Assembly: GCF_006345805.1 (NCBI RefSeq)
Contig: NC_043013.1
Span: 18,476,001 to 18,540,000 of the forward strand
Reading direction: 5' to 3'
From: Octopus sinensis
Taxonomy: Eukaryota
DNA length: 64,000 nt
Below, piece after piece: positions 53,459 through 64,000 of the stretch. The notes under the pieces were generated by a model that did not search any database, was not told the DNA's origin, and was given only the letters and a program-made list of their open reading frames with translations. Positions within the stretch are counted from its first letter, which is position 1, and each line of letters begins with the position of its first letter. The position numbers were made by a program, and so were the translations under genes.

Positions 53459-53548
<90 letters not shown>

Positions 53549-53741
53549 TTCCCTTATCTGCTTCCCACTTTACCCCATGACATTTCTTTGATACACGATC
53601 CCAATTGATGGTTCTTTTTCTTTCTTTTTTACGATCCCTTTTGATCGAAACCTACCCTCATTTTTCTTTTATCTTTAAGAAAAGCTCTACTTTGTAATTT
53701 GTCCCCTCTGTGTTCAGCCCTGTGTGGCTAATAAAGAAACA

Positions 53742-53742
<1 letters not shown>
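53549..53742 (+). mobile_element. 3' UTR-only fragment of a related Tx1-like LINE inside (TATC)n
   Basis: GATCCCTTTTGATCGAAAC...CTACTTTGTAATTTGTCC...AGCCCTGTGTGGCTAATAAAG parallels 52985-53106. (CTAT)n arrays lie on both sides. Confidence 0.75.
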
Positions 53743-53828
<86 letters not shown>

Positions 53829-54363
53829 GCACACATAATTACACGTATGAATGTATGCATGATTTATGCAATGCACCGCCTTGTCCAATGTGAATCATCT
53901 TTTGTTGTTGATTCACCAATTAGTCATTAATAAGATTGCTTTGAAACCCAGTTGTATATACATTCTTAAGTAGAACTTCATTTCTATAGTCCATTGTTTG
54001 TTGGATAAACAGGCAAGCCATGGATCTAAATATTTACTGAATTCTAAACAGTTTGACATTGTGACCTATCCTCTTCCTGACGATGCTGATGTTAACGAAC
54101 TCGGGGTCAATACTGCGATAGCTTCCAGTATTGCTGCACTGACATGCTTTCTCTAGTTTTAAATTGACAACGCAAAAACTGTCCAACAATAAATCTAAGT
54201 AGGCCCACATCTTTCTTGAGTTCAATACAATCATTCAGTCAGTCAACACACACACACATGCACACACACACACACACGCACGCACACACACACACACACA
54301 TGTATATGTATATATATATATATATACACAGACACACATATATATATACACAGACACACATAT

Positions 54364-54411
<48 letters not shown>

Positions 54412-54442
54412 TATACATATATATATATATATATACACACAC

Positions 54443-54508
<66 letters not shown>

Positions 54509-55383
54509 CATCTCATTCTTTTCCCGTTTTTGATATAGTAACTATTAAGTGCCTTAAGGGATAATTAAATCTGGTGAATACAAGCACACACACACACACA
54601 CACACACATACATGTATATATGTATATATACTTATATGCATGTATGCATATATCGATTTACCGGTTCAATCACAGTACTCGTATTAACGAATTTTTCTCA
54701 CTAGCGTAAATTCGAAATCGTTATTTGCGGAACCAACAGCTATTGTGAATTAACAGATGATTTAATAAATGAATTCACAGACTAAAATTAATATACTAAT
54801 TAATTGACTTGCTAACTAACTAATTAATTAGAGTAACTAAGTCAACTAATTAATAGAGTATTTAATAGACTAATTAATAGAATATTTTGTAGACCAAGAG
54901 TTGTCACTCTGTTGTATCTAAGAGTATTTCTACAACTAGTACTGTGTGTGTGTTTATGTGTTATGGCTGGTGCTGTATATTTGAAAGACAGCTTCAATAG
55001 TTGAACTCCACTATTTACATTCAACATTTCTCTCCAATTAAGATAATGTGCCAAAAGGAAACAGCAAATTACAAAACAAATTAATATAAAATACATATAA
55101 CTGATTATTTTTCTTATGTAGATATATGGACATACGCACACGCATACACAGGCACACATATGTAACTATATATATATTTACTACATGTATATATAATGCG
55201 GTATATATGTATATGGTTTGAGCATACATAAATATGCGTGTGTATGTGTGTGTGTATACACACACATATATATATGTGTGCGGATGTGTCTATATATCTT
55301 CATGAATATATCTAGTTATATGTATCTAGATATATTACTGTCTATCTACATAGTATATATATGTATCTCTATATATGTATGTA

Positions 55384-55497
<114 letters not shown>

Positions 55498-55519
55498 ACA
55501 TAGGAATATATATAAATAC

Positions 55520-55808
55520 AGTGTACATTTAAACACATAAGAAGCATCCATCATAGGACTCCTTGCACGCAGTTAGAGGGCAGTTAGATTCCAAACCATT
55601 ATTAGGGATAAAATTTCGAAGGGAATGAAAACTAAAGACATTTACCATCTAACTCCTGGACCAAGGGTTTCAGACTTTTTGTTAGCAAATAAAATAATTT
55701 GCTAGGCGAAGCCTTCTTCAGCAGGTACACCTTAGATTAAATATATATACACGAGGCAATCCAGTATATGCCCCGTGCTTAAACATTCTAATTTTTCAAA
55801 TCTACCGT
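55520..55808 (-). repeat. Copy of the 23595-23905 repeat
   Basis: Reverse-complement match along its length. Confidence 0.8.
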
Positions 55809-56127
55809 AAAATGTATATATATACACACAGATATTCATATTAGCTGCGTATGATTGCGTAGTTAACAGTAAAAGATAATTAAGTTTTAAAATCGTTTGC
55901 GATCTTTAATGAAAGATCGATGAAATGAGGTTGTTTATGTCCAGTTCTTGCAGAAAAGGCTTTGAAGAAGCGATGATGTTTATAACCAATATTCAGGACA
56001 TTTCCAAACGAACGTATTTTTACATTCGAATATTCTTGAGCAAAAGCGCGATGTAACGACATTAAAATTTAGGAAAGGACGCATGGTACCCCGGTGACCG
56101 CAGATTGTGTGGAAGTATATTCATAGC

Positions 56128-56187
<60 letters not shown>

Positions 56188-56233
56188 GAGAAATAGTAAG
56201 TGGAAAATTACCAGAAGAGCCATTTCTCTATAA

Positions 56234-56269
<36 letters not shown>

Positions 56270-56272
<3 letters not shown>

Positions 56273-56483
56273 TGGCATCCTTTTTGTCTCGGGAGACAAT
56301 GGAGTTGCGCATAAAGTAGTCTAGTCCGGCTTTTACATTTCATGTCCTGATACATTTCCTGCTGTGGCTGTGTAGTCCTATCCTGGACAAACACTCCCTC
56401 TGGCAGGTACCGCAAATGTACCGAAGACTGTCCTGGCTAGTGTAATGCCATAGTTTCTTGTTGACGTCTCTTCCTTTCTTTCC
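56270..56483 (-). mobile_element. RTE-clade LINE 3' fragment
   Basis: YICGTCQRECLSRIGLHSHSRKCIRT* (RTE C-terminal C..C...SRIGL.SH motif, stop at 56340-56342). 3' UTR CCATTGTCTCCCGAGACAAAAAGGATGCC, then (TA)n. Confidence 0.8.
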
Positions 56484-56541
56484 AGAGACGTCAACAAGAA
56501 ACTATGGCATTACAACCAGCCAGGAACAGTCTTCGCTACAT
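56416..56541. repeat. Inverted repeat, ~56/58-bp arms, 12-nt spacer
   Basis: A fold-back of the 5' end of the RTE fragment. Confidence 0.92.
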
Positions 56542-56568
56542 ATATATATATATATATTATATATATAT

Positions 56569-56622
<54 letters not shown>

Positions 56623-56642
56623 GATAGATAGATAGATAGATA

Positions 56643-56831
56643 CGAAAAGGTGCTGAAAACTTCCTGGATTTAAGAGTATGGCTGAAGGCCCAACCTTTCA
56701 AGTTCTTTTTCAGGGCTTAGGAAAAACTGAAAGACCACTGTAATGTGTGTGAATCTGTGAGGGAAATATTTTGAATAAAATTATAACTCTTCCTCCTGTA
56801 TTTTCTTTTATCCAAAGCTAGGAACTTTTCA
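56643..56831. mobile_element. Mariner-derived MITE relic
   Basis: TA-CGAAAAGGTGCTGAAAACTTCCTGG on the left and GCTAGGAACTTTTCA on the right (partial TIR pair). Confidence 0.55.
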
Positions 56832-57539
56832 TAAATATAAAACTATCAGCAGTGTTATGTCTACCATATTGTAAATTCGTAAACTTATACTGAGGACTGG
56901 TTATATATATATTAACGAAATCACTAATGGTAGTGCGTATGTGTGTGTGTACGTGCATGCGTGAATGTGTTTGTGTGTCCATTATCTGTCACTATGAACT
57001 ACCCTTATACTTACCAATATCTGAAGGAAATTGTGTTGCTGTGTAAATATGCGGATGCGACAAACAATTTTCAATCGTCCATCGTTTTTCGCGTTTCTAA
57101 TTTCCCTTTTTGTTTTATATTAACCGACAACTCGTCCAAAATATATACAAGTAATTAACTAAAGAACCAAACATAAATAAGTTAAAAAACAAAACTTAAC
57201 ACGGAAACAAACAAACAACAGACAAACCAACAACAAACAAATAAATCGATTAGTAAAATCTATTGATGAGGTAAACAGGAAAAAGAAAAAGACTTGTTTC
57301 GGATCAGTAGCTTTTGGTATAACAAAGATTATATTTACTCAATCAATAATTAAACAAGAAAACAATCAGCAAAATTAAGCAAACAAATTAAAGAATTCTT
57401 GAATGGTGGAGTGGTGGGTGTAGTGGTGGCGGTGCTTACCAATGGGTGTAGGGGTGGAGCATAATGAAATTCTTACAAGTGACGTCACTAGGGCTACAGA
57501 TTGGTTCGTGTCGTATTGGTGAAATTGATAACTTGAGTG

Positions 57540-57590
<51 letters not shown>

Positions 57591-57603
57591 TATGTATGTA
57601 TAT

Positions 57604-57864
57604 CACCGTGATCGTCCAGGCTATCAGATGTTGCTACACATCGCTGGTCACAATGCGCTTCGCATTGTTTTAGCCTTCAAATGACGCCACCCCGCTGGCT
57701 AAGCGAGCAGACAAACAGAAGAAAGAGTGAGAGAAAGAGTGGTGAAGGAGTACAGCAGGGATCACCACCACCCCCTGCCAGAGCCTAGTGGAGCTTTAGG
57801 TGTTTTCGTTCAATAAACACTCACAAGGCTCGATCTGGGAATCGAAACCGCGATCCTACAACCT
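57604..57864 (-). mobile_element. Family C SINE with a third type of 3' tail
   Basis: Family C core (CCTAAAGCTCCAC...CAGGGGGTGG), followed by the tail GCTTAGCCAGCGGGGTGGCG...GCATTGTGACCAGCGATGTGTAGCAAC. Confidence 0.8.
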
Positions 57865-57889
57865 ATATATATATATGTATATATATTTT

Positions 57890-58197
57890 TTTATTTACTT
57901 CACTCACAGTCATTAGATTGCGGTGATGCGATGCACCGTTTTGGAAAGTTTAGTCGAACAAGTCCACCCCAGGTCTTATTCAATCGGTCTCTTTCACCGA
58001 ACTATGTTATGGAGACAAACCAACATCGGTTGTCACGCGGTGATACACGCACACATACATGTTTATGGCTCAGGCTTCCTCGAAGTTTCCGTCAAAAAAA
58101 TTCACTCAACAAACATTGGTCGGCTCCAAGCTGCCGCACAGGGGGATCGAACCCGAAACTACGTAGGTGCAAAGCGAACTTTCTAAGCACACAGCAA
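57890..58197 (-). mobile_element. Diverged family A SINE
   Basis: Tail CAGTCATTAGATTGCGG... plus a head with GGGTTCGATCCC. Confidence 0.6.
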
Positions 58198-58789
58198 TAA
58201 CTGAACCAAATTATGAAATACATGATTAAAGGTGTTCCAGCTGTAACCACCTCGTCGATTTGAATACATTTAAGACTACATTGTCCAATATGTTCTTCAT
58301 ATTCCTTAAAGACGTTGGCGTGTGATTTGAAGAAAACTGGTTGCTATTTCTTGCATAATCCAGTGACTGTATCATGCTTCCTGCAAACCAAATGTCTTAT
58401 TACATTTAAACATCTGTAATGATTATTAATTAATATGAATTGCGAAATATTTTAATTGAGTTTTTGTGTTTTTATTAATTATCGGTTAAGTAAGCTATTA
58501 ATTCGTAATATCTGACCAGTTTAATCCATCGACGTCATCATAGAAATCCGCTCGTTAATCTTGAAGGATTTACAGATTTTAATTATCAATTAGAATTATT
58601 CTTGTGGCATGCTGAATTAACGATTTAGCATTAACTGGTTGATACATACCAAGCCATTCTTTTTCGGCTTATAGATACAAACATACACTCATACATATGT
58701 GTGTGTGCGTGTGTGGGTGTGTGTGCGTGTGTGGGTGGGTGTGCGTATAATGTACAATGAGTAATTTACTGTGATAGTATTACATGTAT

Positions 58790-58850
<61 letters not shown>

Positions 58851-59077
58851 CATATATATATGTATATATGTATATACATATACAAATATATATATACATG
58901 TATATATAAATATCTATATACATAACTATATATAAAGATATGCATATATACACACATTCATAAACGCACATAAATATATACATGAATATATATACATATA
59001 CATAAAGAAATGCATATGTGTATATATATATATATATTATATATATTATATATATATATATATATACATATATACAC

Positions 59078-59148
<71 letters not shown>

Positions 59149-59523
59149 TACACGCACACACACATAAACATACATAAATACATTAAGAAATTCATGCATT
59201 CATACATACACATACACACCCACACATATATGTGTGTATATCTGTATGTATGCATATAGGCACAAAATGGCCGAATGGTTAAAGAGGTTTGCTTTTTCAA
59301 TCACAAGGTTCCGATTTCTGTCACATTGCATGGGATCTTGGGCCGGTGTCTTTCCACCATACTCTCGATCTGACTCGACACCGTGCAGAAGTCTCGTTGG
59401 TTGGATTATATCCGTAATTTAAAACCTTAGAATGTGTGCCGGTGCAATATTTCATATGTGTGAGTGTTACCGTATATGATCATGTGCTTCTTTGAGTATG
59501 ATATATCCCTTTATGTGTGTGTG

Positions 59524-59559
<36 letters not shown>

Positions 59560-59979
59560 AATTGCTAGGTTGTACTCTTGGAGCATATGCATATGTTTCC
59601 ATGTGAGTTACTACATATACATGTGCGCGCGCAGGGTTTGTCGTAATAGTTTAAATATATGAGGGAGCCTCTGTGAGTGTACCTACGAACGGAGTTACTT
59701 TGGTGTATGTGTATGTGGATGAGGTGGTGTGTGCGCGTGTGAATTTCATTTGTATTTGTACCTGTGTGTGCTTTGTGTATATGTCTGTGCGAGCGGAGTT
59801 GGTCGTACGCGTGTGTTTTTCATATGTGATATGTATATATGCAAATTATAGATGATTTTGTATGCATGTATCGGCTTGCACATGTATACCTGGGTGAATG
59901 TGTGTAAATGTTATCCTGTTAGCCTGTGTGCGCGATTTACGGAGGTTAATCGGTGTGCGTATAAGAAATGGGATGGTTA

Positions 59980-60020
<41 letters not shown>

Positions 60021-60065
60021 TATATATACAAGTGTGCGTGTGTGTATTATATATATATATATATG

Positions 60066-60253
60066 TAGGTCCCGGGTTGATTCGGGGTTAACCACAGTAA
60101 GTAAGGTACTCAATACATACATAGCAGAGTAAAATTAATTTATTATAGAAGGAGCTTCTACAGGACTAGAACTGTTTCATTCAAGAGAAATCTCAGAAGA
60201 TTTCTCTTGAATGAAACAGTTAGTCCTGTAGAAGCTCCTTCTATATAATAAAT
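60066..60253. repeat. Terminal-repeat-like fragment ending in an inverted repeat (60138-60253, 56/56-bp arms, 4-nt loop)
   Basis: The arms are identical except for two 2-bp indels. They carry a half-hammerhead GAAAC...GTC. Confidence 0.85.
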
Positions 60254-60764
60254 ATATATATTATATATATATATATATACACATGAAGATATAGGCATAT
60301 ACATACGCTTATAGTTTGATGCACAGTAAATATAAACACACATACACCCACACACATATATATATACATATATACACTCACACATACATATATATTTTGT
60401 TGATCAAATTTGTTTTCCCCTTTTTCTCATGGATACATCTTACCAATATATATATATATATATATATAATAATATATATATATATATTTATATAAAAACG
60501 CCGTATCATTAATACATACTTAATGAGCTCTATGTATTTGTATTGTATAAACATTTATTCCGCTTTAAAGTATCGTGCTTCATATATTTAGCTATATCCC
60601 ACCGTTACCTTTTATATTCAACTAACAGAAAGGTGTCATCTATGCAAATCTATCCTATTTATTGATTACACTACATGCGTGTATTCCTATGCATCCATGC
60701 AATACGATCCATACATATATGTATGTATATATGTATGTATGTGGACACACATATTTTTTATCGT

Positions 60765-60945
60765 TTATCTTTTACTTGCTTCAGGCCTTAGACTGCGGCC
60801 ATACTGGGGCACCACCTTGGAGAATTTTTAGTCGAATATATCAACCCCGGCACTTAATATTGTTAAAATCTGACACTTATTTCTATCATTCTCATCGGAT
60901 GTCAAGCGGTGGTGGCGTTGGGGGGCATACAAAGACACAAAGCTA
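60765..60945 (-). mobile_element. Family A SINE tail
   Basis: GACTGCGGCCATACTGGGGCACCACCTTG...GTCGAA...GTCAAGCGGTGG. Confidence 0.65.
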
Positions 60946-61132
60946 CACACATAGATATTTATATTTCAATTGATATCATAAATTACGTTGTCGTTGCATA
61001 CATAAACGGATACACAAAGAATTACATATACATATATCTATGTGTGCGTGTGTGTGTGTGCGTATATATATGTGTGTTTATATATATACACAAACACACA
61101 CACACATATGCATATATATATAATATATTTTT

Positions 61133-61350
61133 TACTACCCACAACGGGCTAAACATAGAAGGGACAAACAAGGACAGACAAAGGGATTAAGTCGATTACA
61201 TCGACCCCAGTGCGTAACTGGTACTTAATTTATCGACCCCGAAAGGATGAAAGGCAAAGTCGACCTCGGCGGAATTTGAACACGGAACGTAACGACAGAC
61301 GAAATACTACTACGAATTTCGCCCGGCGTGCTAACGTTTTTACCAGCTCG
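61133..61350 (-). mobile_element. Family B SINE (tail type 1)
   Basis: Near-consensus reverse-complement copy. Confidence 0.85.
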
Positions 61351-61351
61351 A

Positions 61352-61408
<57 letters not shown>

Positions 61409-61411
61409 TAT

Positions 61412-61485
<74 letters not shown>

Positions 61486-61509
61486 CTATATATATATATA
61501 TATATACAT

Positions 61510-61551
<42 letters not shown>

Positions 61552-61640
61552 TCCTGAAGGCAGGAATTGAAACAGTTGCCTTTCGCTTTCCGATGCTTGC
61601 TGGTTAAATTCGTCAAAGCGTGCATGCGTGCGCGTATGTA

Positions 61641-61699
<59 letters not shown>

Positions 61700-61972
61700 T
61701 GTATGTGTGTGTTGTATGCGTTCCTGTGTGCTGCATGTGTGGTTGAGTATACTTGGAGTCGCAAAATATGGAAATGTCTTAATTAGTAGCTTGTTCTGGG
61801 AATTTGGTGAGACCGTAATTGCGAATTATTGGTCCATTTGGCAGAACAGTAGACATACGCATGGAATCGGGTTCGGGAACGTCGCGACATCGAACGAGAC
61901 ACGAATTGGAATCATTGCCGGTTAATTACAGATTCATAATAAAGCCTATACTTGTTTGTGTGTGTAAGTGTG

Positions 61973-62004
<32 letters not shown>

Positions 62005-62360
62005 AGTGTGTGTATGTATGTGTATGAGTTTGTGTACGTGTGTGTGTGTGTGTGTATGTGTGTGTGTGTGTATGAACGATCTGGCGGAGGGAAAGAGAGA
62101 TATCACTTGAAATGGAGAAACAAAGTGGGAGACAGATATATAGATATAAAATTCATTGATATATGAGAGTAAGTTAGAGAGAAATAGATAGAAAGTTAGA
62201 TAGATAGATAGATAGATACAGTGGTTAGTAGGTAGGGGTTAGGTAGTTAGGTAGGTAGGTAGGTAGGTAGAAGAAAGAAGGGGCAATTGCGAGAAAAGCT
62301 GGATGTTTATAAACACAATACAGCCATATGGAAAGAAATAGTTCGAGATCGAACTCTCTC

Positions 62361-62419
<59 letters not shown>

Positions 62420-62608
62420 CTGAGAGAGAGAGAGAGAGAGAGAGAGAGTGAGAGAGAGAGAGAGAGAGTGAGAGAGAAAGGGAGAGAGAATATTCGATAA
62501 AACAGATTGCATGATTGGTAGACACAGACATATTGATAGAAAATTGCTAGATACAAAGAATGATAAACAGAAAGGCAGATAGAAAGACACGAAGATATAT
62601 AGACAAAG

Positions 62609-62674
<66 letters not shown>

Positions 62675-63244
62675 ACCAAAATGTTTGAAGATAATTACTA
62701 TTAGTCGAGGTTAATGAGAGGCCCTATAAATTCTTGTTTTGCTGAAATCTTCCCAGCTTCCTCCTCTTCCCACAAACATTGATGTAAATAAGGAATGGTC
62801 ATATGGTTAAGCTAGCAAGAGAAGAGATAAGGAGTGTTAACCTAAATAGTGTGTATGACAGAATATTCTCTTAATTGAAATTTCTCTGAGAACTGGAGAA
62901 AGCCACAACATAGCAGTCTTTGGTAGCGACGTTCAAGGAGGAAAAGGGAGACAATCTCTTGTAATTTAATTATCAGTTTCCAAAAGTTTATTTACATATT
63001 TAATGAAAAATATGATTTTTGGTGGCAGCTAAGGCGAGAACTGGAAACATGTTTTCCGTTTTGTTAGACCTCATCAACTGAGCTACTAAAAACTATAAAT
63101 CTTATTTCCATTTATTTGCATTTCGTTAATTTCCCCTTGTTCCTGTTTTTTTTCTTGGGTGGGGGTGGGGGTCTGTTTTTCGCTCCTGTTTTTTTCTTTA
63201 CATTTCTTATAAGTTACATTATTATATAATTTTAGAATTTTTAT

Positions 63245-63614
63245 TCTTTTACTTGTTTCAGTCATTTGACTGTGGCCATACTGCAGTAACGCCTCGAAGG
63301 GATTTTTAGTTGAACAAATCGACCCCAGGAAGTATTTTAAAACCTTGTACTTATTCTATCGATGTCTTTTGCCGAACCACTAAGTTACAGTGAAGTAAAC
63401 TCTATAACACCGGTTGTCAGGCGATGATGGGGGGATAAACACAGGCACAAAGACATACATGTGACAAGCTTATTTCAGTTTCCGTCTACCAAATCCGCTC
63501 ACAAGACTTTGGTCGGACCGAAGCTATAGTAGAAGACACTTGCCCAAGTAGAATTGAATATGGAACCATGTGGTTGGAAAGCAAGCTTCTTACCACACAG
63601 CCACGCCTGAGCCT
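63245..63614 (-). mobile_element. Family A SINE, near full length
   Basis: Head AGGCTCAGGCGTGGCTGTGTGGTAAGAAGCTTGC, core and tail. Confidence 0.8.
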
Positions 63615-63869
63615 GAAAAAAAAAAAGATTTAAAAAATATTTAAAAATTTTTTCAGCACTTTTTCAACATTTTCCGACATTTTAAAAATATTTCTTCAAT
63701 ATTTCTTCAATATTCTAAAAATAATTCTTAATATTTTTAATATTCTCCCCAATTCCCAAAGATTTACTATTTTGTAATTTCTTCTATCCTCTTAACTTTT
63801 TCCTTTTTTTATATTAATTTTATTTCATTTTATCAATTACTGTTATCTCATTATCTTCATCCTAATTCA

Positions 63870-64000
63870 AGCGGGCAAAACGTTTAGCAGCTTTTCGTTC
63901 GTTTCACGTTCTGAGTTCAAATTCTACCGATGTCGACTTTACCAATCCTCCTTTCGGGGTCGATAAAATATGTCCCAGTTGATCACTGGGGTAGATGTAA
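63870..64000 (+). mobile_element. Family B SINE, runs off the window
   Basis: TTCTGAGTTCAAATTCTACCGA...CTTTCGGGGTCGATAAAA. Confidence 0.7.

Noticed and set aside
54034-54234. Short ORFs on both strands in a unique stretch
   Set aside because: No convincing splice-site pair or domain.

Overview
AT-rich, microsatellite-saturated eukaryotic DNA. The repeat families and the density of (TA)n/(CA)n/(TATC)n tracts point to an octopus or other coleoid cephalopod genome (inference, no database check). No intact protein-coding gene is supportable: almost every ORF in the track is a translated microsatellite, and only one weak exon-like ORF remains (13625-14053, minus). The window reads as a large intron or intergenic region built from transposons. 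These include two 5'-truncated R4/Dong-clade LINEs in (TAA)n plus an older third copy, a deletion-riddled Tx1/L1-clade LINE with a (TATC)n tail, and Penelope, CR1/L2-group and RTE relics. It also holds a decayed mariner, MITEs, Helitron-like ends, and many tRNA-derived SINEs (labelled A, B and C here for convenience). A 2.65-kb (CACCAG/CAC)n array sits at 14.6-17.2 kb. The most interesting signals are: (i) a near-canonical hammerhead ribozyme in a ~200-bp dispersed repeat, with a core-deleted sister copy and several relics; (ii) four near-perfect 39-59 bp fold-back palindromes, three at retroelement junctions next to (TA)n; (iii) a SINE whose 3' tail matches the Tx1 LINE 3' end, and SINE heads with swappable tails. 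Repeat boundaries are read by eye and are approximate unless a TSD or TIR is quoted.
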